This document shows, piece after piece, positions 16,051 through 31,039 of a DNA stretch of 64,000 nucleotides. A program made the position numbers and the translations under genes. Within the stretch, counting starts at the first letter, position 1. Every line of letters begins with the position of its first letter. Source of the stretch: the human T2T-CHM13v2.0 reference genome, Homo sapiens. The notes below the pieces were generated by a model. That model saw only the letters and a list, made by a program, of their open reading frames with translations. It was not told where the DNA came from and made no database searches. The stretch lies in NCBI RefSeq assembly GCF_009914755.1, contig NC_060937.1. One strand, written 5' to 3'.

Positions 16051-16138
16051 AGTGTATTCTGTGTAAGTAAAAGCATATGATCTTTTCAGAAAATGTCAAT
16101 TGTTTGTTTATTGGAAATATACTCCTCTTTGTCTCTTA

Positions 16139-16714
<576 letters not shown>

Positions 16715-17296
16715 TTATTGAGCAAGTGTCTTATTAAAGGCCAAAAATTATACTAAGGGTTTTAATTTTTTTTTTACAAATATTCCTCAGAAAGCATTGC
16801 AAAACAATAATTGGTATGGCAACTTTCAAATAATAATAGTGTGTTTGCATATAGTAATAATCAGTAAGTGTTTGCCATTTTCCCCAAGGGAAGGGAAAGA
16901 TTTTTCACTTTTTATTTACTCACCACAAGAATCCAAATACCTTGTATTATGGAACTTTTGCTTAAGTTGACTGAAATGTTGTCTTTTAAGGTCTCAATTG
17001 CCCTATTTTATAGTGTCTAGATAATAACAATTGTTAAATATTAAGGTAAGGCCTAGCAGCAAAAGTCACATCTATACTTCTGAGTATCAGGGTAGCAATT
17101 TCTCTAATTCACTAAAATTAGAGATAGGCATCCAATAAATATTTATTTGTAACCATTTGAGGGAACCAATTTTAAAAGTTGAAAATGAGTTGCATTGGCA
17201 TTAATAGTTATCCAATAGTCTTTACATTGTCATTAAAATACATTTCACTTTGTTAAGAAAAATGGCAAACATATTTTAAAAAATATTTTGATATGA

Positions 17297-17662
<366 letters not shown>

Positions 17663-18469
17663 AGGTTGATTATAGCTTTTAAACGCAATGCAAATATACT
17701 CATTAAAATAAAACAATAATATCTTATTTTTTCTCAAGAAAAATCATCACATAATTATTTAAATTTAAACTTTTAATTTTCTATATATTTGTCTATATCA
17801 TTCTATTGTATAGTTGCTTTATTCCTGCAGATTTAAGGGCAATGACCTATGAAGTAGAGAAGTTATTTGTCTCTAAGGGTTCCTAGATATGGTCCATTAA
17901 ATACAACGCACAAATATTTTGTAAGTATCCTCAATAATATACTACCAAATGTGGGGAACAATGTGCTTTCAATCATTTCTATCACTTTGTTTACGATAAA
18001 AGCAGGGTTTTACCTGAGGCAAATTCTGTTTTATTGAGTGCAATTAAAGTTTATTTCATGGGTATGCTACTTTTGTTGATATGATAAACCAAATCCTTTG
18101 TTTAAAAGAATGCTAAAGATAAAATGCTAGTTATTTCATGCAGTTTTATTCTCAAAGGCATTAATAAATTATCAAGAATGTTTTAAAATACATTTGCTTC
18201 ATTTTTCCCCCTATTTTAGATGCTTGTATTTATATAGGTATACATGTTTTCATCTTCTCTTACATATTTATGAATAATATAAACAGTTATAGCTCATATT
18301 AAGTATAAGCCTTATACTTTTGTCAGATATTTAAAAATAAGTATTTTTTTTGCATTTATCTTAAAATTTTCAAATAGTTTCAAATTGTCTCACATAAGAC
18401 CATATTTTCTAAGGGATTCAACAAGTGGCTCAGTGACTGATAACGAAGATTGATGAAGAGAGATCAAAA

Positions 18470-18710
18470 ATTTTCCACTCTATCAGAATAATTTCTTTAG
18501 CACACAAATGTGCCCAGGGAATCCTCCATCTTAAAACCAATCTAACAAACAAGAAACAAAACCACTCTTGCCCCAAGTCCTGCTCCTGATTCTGCCCCAT
18601 TCTCTGCTTCCCTTAAAAACAAGGCTATTGAGGAGATGTATATTGTTGATCTCCCTTCTTCCTCACCTATAATTTTTTCTCAGTCCAAACCAAAGTGCAT
18701 GCCTTCAGAG
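18470..18710 (+). mobile_element. L2 ORF2 relic
   Basis: CTCCATCTTAAAA...CTGCCCCATTCTCTGCTTCCCTT...CTCCCTTCTTCCTCACC resembles sense L2. Confidence 0.55.
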
Positions 18711-18824
18711 ATTATTGCAGAAAGCTCCCAAAAAATCTACCTTTCAAACAACCTTTAGTCTTAGTTTAAAAATGTAAATAAGGACATTAACAAGATAGTG
18801 GAATATCTAACTGATACTGATCGC

Positions 18825-19080
18825 AGCCTTACATTATATGGATGTATATAATGTTTTTAAGCATTTCCTAATTGATGGACATGTTTTTCACTCCTATTTT
18901 CTTACTCCTAAATATATAGATGAATGCACTTTTTTAATCTGTCAAGTTATTTCATTATGTAATATTTCTTGATATAAAGTTCCTGGGTCATCTAAAAACA
19001 TATTTAAATTTTAATAGTGTTTGCCTTTCAAAAATTTGCACATACATTCTCACCTACAGAGCATAAGGGTATCCATGACC
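18825..19080 (-). mobile_element. old L1ME fragment
   Basis: TTATATGGATGTATATAAT..TTCCTAATTGATGGACAT...TTCCTGGGTCA is antisense L1M 3'-like. Confidence 0.5.
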
Positions 19081-20908
19081 TGGATTAAAATCAGGTAAAT
19101 TGCTAAAATGTAAGCCTTTAATTTGCAAACCAAGTGCACAAGAAAGTCTTCTCAGGATTACTTTAAGAGTATATATTCTAATTTTTAATGCATTCTCAAA
19201 ATCAGTGAAACCCAAGTACTTGGACACCTATGAGCTATTTCTAAGGTGTTCTTTATTATACCCTAATGAATAATATGATGTAAAACTTTTGACCATTGGT
19301 AGCTTTTGACCTTTGAATGAATTACTCATTACTGTACTTGCATGCAATTCACACTACTACTATTATCACTGCCTCCTTATTCAGTATTAAAAAATTTAAA
19401 TAGCCAATGAAAACTTCCCATTTAATTCAATTATCCATGTATTAACCTTTAATGGCATATATACAAAAATCAGTTATTTCATGTTAAATTATAATATTCT
19501 GTTGAAGGATAGTAGAAAGCACTTACAATTTTCAAATATTGAAGAGAATTTTACTGTTTGAGCTGGATGTTTTGACGGCATAGTGAATTTAAACTTCTGC
19601 ATATTAAGTATAGCTCCATAGTACACATGACATGACCATTTTTGAATAAGTGCCACTTTTCAAATTTTCTTTGGCACTTATACAAATATTGATACTGTAT
19701 AATAAAGAGAGGAACAAATACCAAATATAATTTTAAAGACAATCTGTTAAAAGAATGGGAAGATAAAGAATGATTCCTTTATGTGGCAGTCAATAAATCA
19801 AATGATATTTGAAGAGTTCAGCTCCTGGCCAAAATCCTATGTGTGATTTTCAGGACAGACCCTAGGCAATAACAAAGTTACCTGGTAGGCCTCACAGAAA
19901 AAAACTACTCTCCTCACAGCAGACATGCTGTACAGCCGGTGCATTACAGTCTCTGTGGGGAGCTGCAGTCAAAGACTCAGACCTCTCTTGCCTTTGATTC
20001 ACATTCCCAGTGTGAGGGCATGGCATATGACTTTTCATTATATGGTTTCTGCCTGCTTATTCACTCTTTGTGAAGACTTCTATATATTTTGACACATCGC
20101 TATACACTATAGTTACAGATAACTCTTAGTCCCTTAGCTGTACATTATCTTTCATGTTATTTATATTTTTACATGATTATCATTCTTCTTGAAATGCTCT
20201 CCCTTCTCTTGATTCTTCAAGGTTCAACCTACCTGATACTTTCTTTGTAATTTCTTGATAACAGTACTAGATAGTCTCTACTTTAAGTTCCTTAAGCCCC
20301 TAATACATTTTAGTTATAGAACATGTGACACTATTTATTAAATTTTCTTTTTTAAAACTATCTCTTTTTTCTGACCACAAAGAAACTTTTTTTTTTAAAT
20401 GTACTTCTTCAGTATGCAACATAACTCCTGACATGGAGCTTTTGCTTAACATTTCTTGACTTCATAAGAATAGGTTTCCAATATGTAGTTAGACCACATG
20501 CCAATTTCATTCTTTCAGTTATAATATCCTTCCCAATATAAATATTCATGAACTTCTAAATTCGTGATGTTTTTTCTGTGATTATTTCTATACTCTTTGA
20601 TCTATTCCTTTGATGCTCAGCAGTACTTAAAAATAATTTCACATTATTTAACAGTTATTTATGATTTCTAACTCCACTGGCAACTGTATCACATGCATTG
20701 GTTCCTATGTTCAGACTGGAATATTATCTAGCTATGTATTTTACTATAAACTCAACTGAGACAAGATCACCTGCTTGCTTAGATTAGCAACAGTCACTGG
20801 TTGCTTCCAAAATCAAATTCAAACTCCACAGTCTAATAAAAAAAATCTACCAATTGAATTTTATGTAATCTAAAACAAACATGGCAAATGATAAATTTAG
20901 AACACTAG

Positions 20909-21310
<402 letters not shown>

Positions 21311-22416
21311 TAAAAATCCATACTGGTATATTTCAATTAGTAAATTGATGTGAGTTTATAAATTAATGATCTATATGTGATGTCATTTTTAGCATTTTTC
21401 CTCAGCTCCTTGTCAATAAATATGGCCATTTTGTATATTTACCAAAACACTTTCTTGATTTTATTGCACAATACACTTATATGAAGTAAAAGAGTGATTT
21501 GATGTCTGCGTGAGTCTACACAACTTCATTCTTTTTGAATTCCCAAGTCTATATTAAATTTCTTTTTATCCTCCAAAATACTGTGCTATATACTTAATAA
21601 GTATTTTCATATTGTTAGAATAGTTTATGAAGACAGTAAACATATCAAACTGGAATATATGCCTAGAAAATATGATCACATTATTACTGCAAAAGTTTTA
21701 TTTGTTGACCTTATATTTATTTCCACTAGCATGAAATGTAAAATTGATACTATGTGAGGGAGGTTCAATAACATTTGTGCTGGCTACATATAACTTGAGA
21801 TTGTATTTATAACTTTTCGGTATTTTGTTGAAATAAAAACTATTTAACCAAATTTAAACACATACTGGAAAGAAATATTTTGTTGAAAAGTTCTTGGGCT
21901 TTCATAAACATGCTATAATTTTAATTTTTTACCAAATTATTTGATTGACATGATAGTAGTATTTGAGGAGACTAATACTAAAGTTTCCAAGTAGGCTAGG
22001 CCAGTCAGAAAGAGTAGGCATTGAAGAGGTTTGTGAGAGAGAAGAAACTAATGTATGCATTTACTGGATATAGTAATCAATCTTTCAAGAAAACTTTGGA
22101 TTATAGTTATACACAAATAACTTTAAATATTCCCAAATAACTCTATACTATTTTATTTTACTCTACAAAACTTGCCAAGCTAACTATAGGTTCAGTATTC
22201 AGAATACTTTTTTTTTAATAGGAGAAGTGACTTAATTTCCTTTCTTAATGAAATGTTGGTTCATTCAAATATTCTCAAACAAGAAAGAGACAGTTAGTAG
22301 TTACTACTATTGCTTGAGTTTTCTATGACTTGTTTCTTAATAACTATAAAGCTCACTTTATAAAAATTGCCCAACTGCTTATTTTGAAAAATATCTTGCT
22401 ACAAATAGAAGATGTT

Positions 22417-22960
22417 TGTGATGGTTAACATCGAGTGTCAACTTGATTGGACTGAAGGATGCAAAGTATTGTTCCTGGGTGTGTCTGTGAGGCTACTGTC
22501 AAAGGAAATTAGCAGTTGAGTCCGTGGACTGGGAGAGGAAGACCCACCCTCAATCTGGTGGGCACCATTTAATCAGCTACCAGCATGGCTAGAGTAAAGC
22601 AGGAAGAATAAAGTAGAATGAGAGAGACTTGCTTTATCTTCTGACCTTGATCTTTCTCCCATGCTGGATGCTTCCTGCCCTCAAATATCAGACTCCAAGT
22701 TCTTCAACTTTTGGACTCTTGAATTAACAGCAGTGACTGGCCAGGGGCTCTCGGGTTTTTGGCCACAGGCTGAAGGCTGCACTGTTGGCTTCTCTACTTC
22801 TGAGGTTTTGGGACTCAGACTGGCTTCCTTGATTCTCAGCTTGCAGACGGCATATTGTGGGACTTCACCTTGTGATTGTGTGGGTCAATACTCCTAATAA
22901 ATTCCCCATCATATATACATATATCCTATTAGTTCTGTTCCTCTAAAAAATCCTAATACA
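22417..22960 (+). mobile_element. MLT2A2-like ERVL solo LTR
   Basis: TGTGATGGTTAA..GAGTGTCAACTTGATTGG start and CCTAATACA end; 544 bp; AATAAA near the 3' end; perfect 5-bp TSD ATGTT (22412-22416, 22961-22965). Confidence 0.92.
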
Positions 22961-25479
22961 ATGTTAAATTGACAATATATATTTCAGAGCTTAAAAATGC
23001 ACTTAACGCATATAGTTCATGAAAACACAATGCTAACTCATTGCATTATTGCCTTTGATTGTTATCTCTCAAAGTCCAGCCATGTTCAAGGAACGTTAGG
23101 AATTCTAATACAATCAAAGATGATTCTTTCAGAAGCACACTGTTTTAACCAGTGGTATAAATTCAAATTTCCTTTTTGTTAATGTAGTGCATCACATATA
23201 TGGATTATTGCTTAGGATTTGAGAAATTTTAATTTTCTAATATTGCTGTATTTGGTATATTAATGAGTTGCATTTTTATTTTTGATTTTTGTCTGCATCA
23301 AATCATCCATTAATTGAATTGTCTTTTGTGTTTATTGCTGTGGAGAGTAATGTACTGCTGTACAATCTAGAAAGGACAACTCTGTTTTAATGATGAAATT
23401 TGATATTTGTTTAATGAAGCATTAGCTTCCATTTGATGACTTTTATTAAATATGTGATATGTCCAATCTGGTTCATTTACTAGATTTACAAACAGTTAGA
23501 TCTAACTTTGATCTTACATTAGCAGCTAGCCTTTGCTGGCTACAGTGTTCTGTTTTTTTAATTATTTAGTGATTCAATAGCACAGGCTGCCTCCACAAAC
23601 CCAAATGTTCACATGTAGCAACAAATGAAACACCATAATCTTAACAAGACTATTATAATAGTCATCAGAGAAGTTAAAATTATCTTCTTTAATTACTAGA
23701 TTATAACCCCATTAACTCCTCTGCATGAAAAGTGGGAATTAGGGGATAGAAAAAGAAACCATAGCTGACAATTAAAACTCCAAAGCAAACTAAAGGGAGG
23801 GTAGGGAAAAACATCATACATAGCTTCAGATATTTCAGGTAATTTATTTAGTAGTGCATATTTATTGTAGATTATAATGAACAAACTATAACCATAGTAA
23901 GCATATTATTTTGGTTTTGAATTTTGTTTTTTCAGATTGGCTAAACAAGCAGCATTGAAAGCTACAAACTTAAAAGAAAACCCTTATTTAAATATGCCCA
24001 GAGCTGTAAATTAGTTATGTCCTAAATAAGTTATTAGAACAATATTGTCACTGATGCATTATTTATAGGTAGTTGTTGAAAAGTTTGTTACCAGCAGAAG
24101 TACTGAAGTGACATTTCCAAAGACATTAACATGAAAATGAGTAGAATTTGAAGAGAAAAAAATCATTCAGTGTGCAACCTCTTACTAAAATAGTCTTCAA
24201 TAACGTATACAGCAACTACATATTTTTACTTCTAATATACACATGCAATATTCATAGGTCTGCACTAAAGCTTTCTCCAAATTAAGTTTGCATGTATAAA
24301 TGAAAAAATAAACACCCCATGACAGTAAAATTTATATGATAACAAAATTATATCCAAACGCTGTTACCACATGCACAATAAATACACTAAGAACAAAATA
24401 TCCTTCAAAGTTGTTATGGACTATGCAAGTTTAAAAATAAATACTTATCCACTTTCTTACTGTGAAATTAATATTTTATATTTTAGATATGCCAATATAA
24501 TTATATTAAATTGTAGGTGATCTGTACCTTTTGATGATTAAATAAAACAGAAAACAAGTGAACACATTATATTCAGTGAAGCATGTTATTAAATTTCAAT
24601 ATAGCAGCATCTCAGTTGTTTATATCTTAGAAAAGAATAACATTATGCTATTGTGTGGAAAGATCTTACTGAAATTAGCTTCTGACAAGAAATTGTACGG
24701 AAATAATCATTGAAGTAATTTAGAAAAAGAAGCAGGTATTGCTATAATCACTGAAAGAGGGATTATGAGAAGTAAAGATGAGTTCTCAAGACATTTATTA
24801 TGTATTCAATTTTAAATCTTAAATGGTCAAGCCAAGAGCTTTAGATAATGCATTATGCATATTGTGTATATTAGGAATAAAATCCAGTCACAGTTCTCCA
24901 GGATCATACATAACTCAAACAGCCATGAATAAAAATAGTTTTTGTTACTATACATGGTAGTAGTATTTATCTACTTCAAAATTTCATGTACTTTTCCCTA
25001 ATGTCAGGAGATGGGTATATTAAAATAAAAAAAAAGTATATCATTCTACTTTATACTTTCAGACTTTTGAACTTCATCATTTGATTAACATTCCCAGGAA
25101 GGCCAAGGATGGTTTTCTTTATCTTATTTCATGGCTTTTGAATATATCTTTGGGAAATTGGGAAGATTTATTTATATCTGGATTTATTTTGAGGTGTATT
25201 GTTTAGGTTGTTCTCATAATGTGATACTCTATGGTTTCTACTGACACAATATATACATTAGCAAACATTGGTACTTTCCCATTCATATCTACTCCTTCTC
25301 TCAATTTGGCTAAGAGAAACTCAGTTTTATCCTGTCACCCTTTGTGCCTACTCAGTTATCAGAAACAAACTAAACGACTCTGTTGTCACCTCAGGGGTAA
25401 ATCCTAATTCATCTAAGCTATTATGTAGTTGTATTCTTATGACCAATGGTTGTTTTAGGTACTGGTTTTAGCCAAGCAG

Positions 25480-25710
25480 ATGTGAAGTCAGTTGTGATGG
25501 CATAGACCTAGGAAATATTTAACTCTTAAGAAGGTAATGGAGGTGATAATACTGGAAAGTATGAACACCTAAAAGCAAAATGAGCAAACTAAAGTGCCAA
25601 AGAGAAAGGATAGAAAGACCCCCAGTCCTTGAGTATATAATTTGGTCACTAGCCCCTACCTGAAACTTCTTGTAATATAACTTATTTATTTATTATTTAG
25701 TCAGAATATT
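25480..25710 (+). mobile_element. possible ancient MLT1-type MaLR LTR fragment
   Basis: GAAAGGATAGAAAGACCCCCAGTCCTTGA..CCCTACCTGAAACTTCTTGT resembles the MLT1 3' part; very diverged. Confidence 0.35.
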
Positions 25711-26734
25711 CAGTAAGTGTCTATGTCTTCTTAATTGTTATCAATGTTACTTAAAGAGAACACTTTCAATGCTAACTACCAGCTATTAGAAGCCAGATAA
25801 CTATGTAATATCTTTGAATTACACAAATAACAAAAACAATCACTCTTAGAAGAAAAAAATTTAGTTGTGGCATTTCTCACATACTATATTTTTTGCTTTC
25901 TGGTAGCTAGAATTATACAGAATTGCTTGTTTTATAATATTTTAGAAGATATTAGCATCATCTGAAGTTTATAATTTTTTGTAACTCTGTTACTATTTTA
26001 TTTTACCAAGTACACTTGCAAGGGCAGACTCTGAAATGAGTCCCACCTCTGTGCTCACCATTACAGATAATTGTTGGAGAAAGACAATTATTGCAAATGA
26101 AATGATTAATTCAAGTGGCAATTTTAAAAATGTTAATTTAAGAAATAGACCTATAAATCTTTGAAGATGTATCCAGATAAGAGAAGGCATGGCAAATGGA
26201 ATGTTAATATGTTTTATTTGAAAAGAAGTAAAATAAATGGAAATTCTTTCCATGTATATACAGGCATACAGGTGTATTGTTTGAATTTCTAATTATGAAG
26301 GAGCCTTTTTCCTCTAGTCTCTCTAAAAAATTATTTACTATTCATGTCTACATTTAATGTGCCTGAAGAAGGTACCTATCAATTTCTTTTTATTTAATTT
26401 ACTATTTTTAGCAGAAATATTCTTAAACAGCCATTACAGAATTAACTTTTTAAATTTCTTTTTAAATTTTATTTTTATTTTTTGATACATAATTGATGTA
26501 CATTATTTTGGAGGGCAATTAACTTTTGACGCTAAGATTTGGCCCCCAAATATGAAAAGTCACTTTGAGGTGAATACATATATGCTGTACTTCAGTCCTG
26601 GCCTATGTAGAATTGATAATAAATTTGCAGCAATTTTCTTAGCAACCACCCAGTGGGGGAGGCTGAGATGTCTAGTCTTGCTCCTTTTCCCTTTCTTTTG
26701 CTAGCAAGTTAATCCTAATAAAACCTATTATTTT

Positions 26735-27020
26735 ATTCCATAAGCATTTATTGTGTCAGTTATGTATCAGACACTGGCTTAGAAACAGGTGTCAAAGATG
26801 AAAATCCCCACACCTTTCCCTTCCGGTGGAGGTTGCATTGTTACTCAGTGTTACATTACAACAATAGAAACATGCACCTTATGCAAGAGCAAGTGGCTAG
26901 GAGGAGAAATGGTAGAGATGGCTTCCAGGAAGAGGTAACTTTCAAGCTAAATGCTGAAAGATAAATGAAAGGGGCTAAGTGAAGGAAGGGAAGAACAATC
27001 CAAGAAAAGAGACCAGCATG
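26735..27020 (-). mobile_element. L2 3' end relic
   Basis: AAGCATTTATTG..TATGTATCAGACACTG; GGCTTCCAGGAAGAGGTAACTTTCAAGCT. Confidence 0.65.
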
Positions 27021-27108
27021 GTTGTACTAATAAAGAATGATACTTCATGAACTTTAATGAACTCTAAACATGAAGCAAAATAAAGCCTTTAGCAATAAAT
27101 GGATTCTA

Positions 27109-27168
27109 TTAGGTTGATGCAAAAGTAATTGTGGTTTTTGTCATTATTTTTAATGGCAACATACCTAA
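27109..27168. mobile_element. MADE1 (Hsmar1 MITE), internally deleted right arm
   Basis: TA|TTAGGTTGATGCAAAAGTAATTGTGGTTTTTGTCATTATTTTTAATGGCAA...ACCTAA. Confidence 0.85.
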
Positions 27169-27431
27169 CAGTAATATTACTTTTTAAAAACATATTCCAT
27201 AGGAAGTAGGTCAATGGATTTGAAGCAATGCTTTTGATATCTTCTGACAAGGCAATAAGAAAGGCCAGTAATTAATATGCATCTTGAGGAAAAAAATATA
27301 TATTGGATTATGGGGTAGAGTTAGAGCTACGACAGGGAACTTAAGTTTATTTGAACTTTCTGTTAGTTATCCTAACATAACTAATAAAACACAAAGGACC
27401 AGAAGACTACATTTAAAAATATTTTAAGCTA

Positions 27432-27465
27432 TTAGGTTGATGCACAAGTAATTGTCGTTTTTGCT
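27432..27465. mobile_element. MADE1 left arm (element split by L1)
   Basis: TA|TTAGGTTGATGCACAAGTAATTGTCGTTTTTGC; Hsmar1 TIR. Confidence 0.9.
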
Positions 27466-28167
27466 AGGGAACAACAGATGCTGGAGAGGATGTGGAGAAA
27501 TAGGAACAGTTTTACACTGTTGGTGGGACTGTAAACTAGTTCAACCATTGTGAAAGTCAGTGTGGCGATTCCTCAGGGATCTAGAACTAGAAATACCATT
27601 TGATCCAGCCATCCCATTACTGGTATATATCCAAAGGACTATAAATCATGCTGCTATAAAAACACATGCACACGTATGTTTATTGCGGCACTATTCACAA
27701 TAGCAAAGACTTGGAACCAACCCAAATGTCCAACAGTGATAGACTGGATTAAGAAAATGCGGCACATATACACCATGGAATACTGTGCAACCATAAAAAA
27801 TGATGAGTTCGTGTCCTTTGTAGGGACATGGATGAAGCTGGAAACCATCATTCTCAGCAAACTATCACGAGGATGAAAAACCAAACACCGCATGTTCTCA
27901 CTCATAGGTGGGAATTGAACAATGAGAACACATGGACACAGGAAGGGGAGCATCACACACCGGGGCCTGTTGTGGGGTGGGGGCAGGGGGAGGGATAGCA
28001 TTAGGAGATATACCTAATGCTAAATGATGAGTTAATGGGTGCAGCACACCAACATGGCACATGTATACATATGTAACTAACTGGCACATTGTGCACATGT
28101 ACCCTAAAACTTAAAGTATAATAATAATAAAATGAAAAAAAATGAAAAAATAATAATAATAAAAAAA
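27466..28167 (+). mobile_element. 5'-truncated L1PA3-like LINE-1 (ORF2 end, 3' UTR, A tail)
   Basis: ORF 27676..27876 [19 protein letters not shown]; CTAATGCTAAATGA and GTAACTAAC diagnostics; A-rich tail. Confidence 0.92.
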
Positions 28168-28211
28168 TAAAAGTAATGGCAAAAACCGCAATTACTTTTG
28201 CACCACCCTAA
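28168..28211. mobile_element. MADE1 right arm
   Basis: AAAAGTAATGGCAAAAACCGCAATTACTTTTGCACCACCCTAA|TA. Confidence 0.92.
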
Positions 28212-30959
28212 TAATTTCTTCATATTAACTTTTTTTCACTTTGTTTGAGTCATTTATCCATTTTCCAATTTGAAATAAGTATTTTTGCACTGCATTTTCC
28301 TACCTAGTAAATTATGAGCTTCTAGCACAGACAGATTACTCAGTTAATGCCCTCTGCAAGAAGTTATCACAGTACTTCATATACAATTTGTATTTAACAA
28401 GTATTTATTCAGTTGAATTTTTTGCTTTTCTAATACATTGTTTTCCTATGCAGAAAACTGTTAAATCAATACATATTACTAATGTATTATGTTTTAAAGC
28501 TCTAAGGCACAGTAAAACTGGCACTTTTATAAAGACAGATTTAATAGCCATATATGTTCTCTTGGGTGCCTTAAAACATGACATGTATATGTGTGTGTAT
28601 ACGTATGATAGTTTCTTTAAAACCTACAAAGGAAAAGAGCACATATTTTCTGAGGTTAAAATGGAAGCAAATAAGGTTGATAGCATTTATATTTTCTTTA
28701 TCACTTAAAACCTGTCATAGTAATTTAACAATAGGTTTTTAGATTTTCACGGTAAAATGTTTAATTATACTGCCCTATAAGTTTATTTAAGGGCATTATT
28801 TTAGTTACTTAACCCAGCTTATCCTATAAAATACGATCCAAAGTTATTTATCTGCACATATTCCATTATGTGTCTCATAAAAGCAAAAATTTTAAACTAT
28901 TTTTAAAGTTAAAAATAAAACATCAGAACAGTAAGTTATATACCCTAAATATATACAATTTTTGTCTATTAATCCTCAATAAGGCTGAAAACAATTCTTA
29001 CCTTAAGTCATTGTCTTTTTGCCCTGGAATATTCAAAGCCATCAGCCAACAAAACAAAACGTTTTTATCTCGCTTTGTCTTACAAAAATGTTTAAGTACC
29101 AACATAAATTAGAATATATCTTCTCTCTTCTGCTTAATCTTTCACATGACTTGGCTTCAAACTTATGGTCAGACTCACATGCTTGTTTGAAGCTAATCTG
29201 CCTTTCTGCATCTGATTCACGGTTTGTCTACTTTAGCTGGTAAAGTTATCCCAACTCCTCCAAAGTTGCAAAAATGTCAAATTTATTAAATGCCACTTCC
29301 TTTCAAATTTCCAAGGAATTATCAGAACATGTAAGATTACCGCATTATTAACCCTATGCCAAGCAATTCTAGACAATACAAATATGCTTAATTACTAAAT
29401 ATGACCTGTGCTTATTTTTTATGTGAAATATCATGCTCCCTCAGAATGTTACAATATTGACTCAGATTGCTGTTACAAATCATCTATCTTAACTAAAAAT
29501 TAGTGCTGTCAAAAATGAGTAATAGATTGAGAAAGAATAAATTTTGTGTAATTCAACCAATTCATACTGGTTGTAAAGACTTAATACACATGAAATTAAT
29601 TATTTGAGAATACTTATCATCAGATCACAGTTTATAAAGCCAATATTCTCATGTATTGGACTAACAACCACGTGTACAACTTATACGGTTAGCCTGTTCT
29701 CAGTTTATGGATTCAGAAATGTTTTCTTCAGGTACAAATGAGAAATTTGTCATGACTACATTTCTGGTCTATTGGGTTCCATAAGGCATCATATAAATTT
29801 AAAACTTTTGACTTATCTCTATGTCTTCTTTTGCTCTCCTTTCTTACTATGCAAATACCATGTTGAGCACCTGGAATATTGGGAAACATTAGAAGCAGGA
29901 AAGCAGTGCGAAACTTTACATTTATGAAAGTCAAATTGAATGCAAAATATGAGCTCTTTATTCTCACTGTCATTCTCTTGACTATGATTTAAAAACATAG
30001 TGAAAATAGTAAACCTCAAATTATACGCCAACAGAAAACACTAACATGGAAGTTTTGCATAGTTTAAGGAAATCATTTTTTGAACGTACAAATAAAACTA
30101 TCCTCCACAAAAATTAGTTTTTATTCATAGGATTTTTTGCTTGAAGGATATGATCTGATCTCAGGTCAATACATGAAATGCATTTTCTGTTATTTCTTGA
30201 TTACCACTACCTACACCGCTTAAGAGGCTCTTGCTTTATTTAGGACTTTAACATGAATAGAGAAACTCTCTTTCTCGTAGTTTGAAGTTTCAAAAAATGT
30301 CTTCATTGGCTCTTGAAATATAATTCTGTTTAAGCAAGTACCTGCTATCAGATCCCCCCTTATTGGGAGAATTGCATTTTATTTTTTGTCAGGAACCATG
30401 TGTAAGACATGCAGTTGCTCTCATATTTTGTGGTGCAGAGTAAGGCCTATATTCCACAATTGACATGTGCAATATTCTGCATAATTGTCTGCTAAATCAT
30501 GCTGATGTTGGTAGTATCCCATTGCAAAGATGAATATAGTTATAGTCAAAATACAGTATGTCTGGTCATCCACCTCTGATAGGATGTGGATTTCACCATC
30601 TCAGCTGAAAACAAAGAATATTATGTTCTACATGGAGAGGGATTGCATGCATGCCAGTGAATCCAACAGGTACAAAAATGGCAGTTTTTACCTGATACCA
30701 TGATGATACAGAGTCCTCTAAATTCAAGTCATCAAAGGTGAAGGAATGAGGTGCAAAATCTTCAGTGTGATTGAAACTGGTAATTTTACTAGAATTATGA
30801 GGCTAAGGTACAAGCAAAACAATAGATTTTATACCATAGTCAGAATTGAGAATCAAAGTAGAAACTAAGTTTATTCATAGAGAATTATTTCTTAAAGTTA
30901 TATCTTGCTCATTTGAGTTTTTTTTTTAACTGTGAAATTCATATCTCCTGTGTAAATGG

Positions 30960-31039
30960 TTCATCTATTTTTATATTGTCTCTGTCTCCCATTATGCTAT
31001 AAGGTCCAAGGATCATGCAGATCCTCAATACTTATTTGT
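30960..31039 (+). mobile_element. L2 3' terminal relic
   Basis: TGTCTCCCATTATGCTATAAGGTCCAAGG...CTCAATACTTATTTGT resembles the L2 end CTCAATAAATATTTGTTGAA. Confidence 0.5.
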
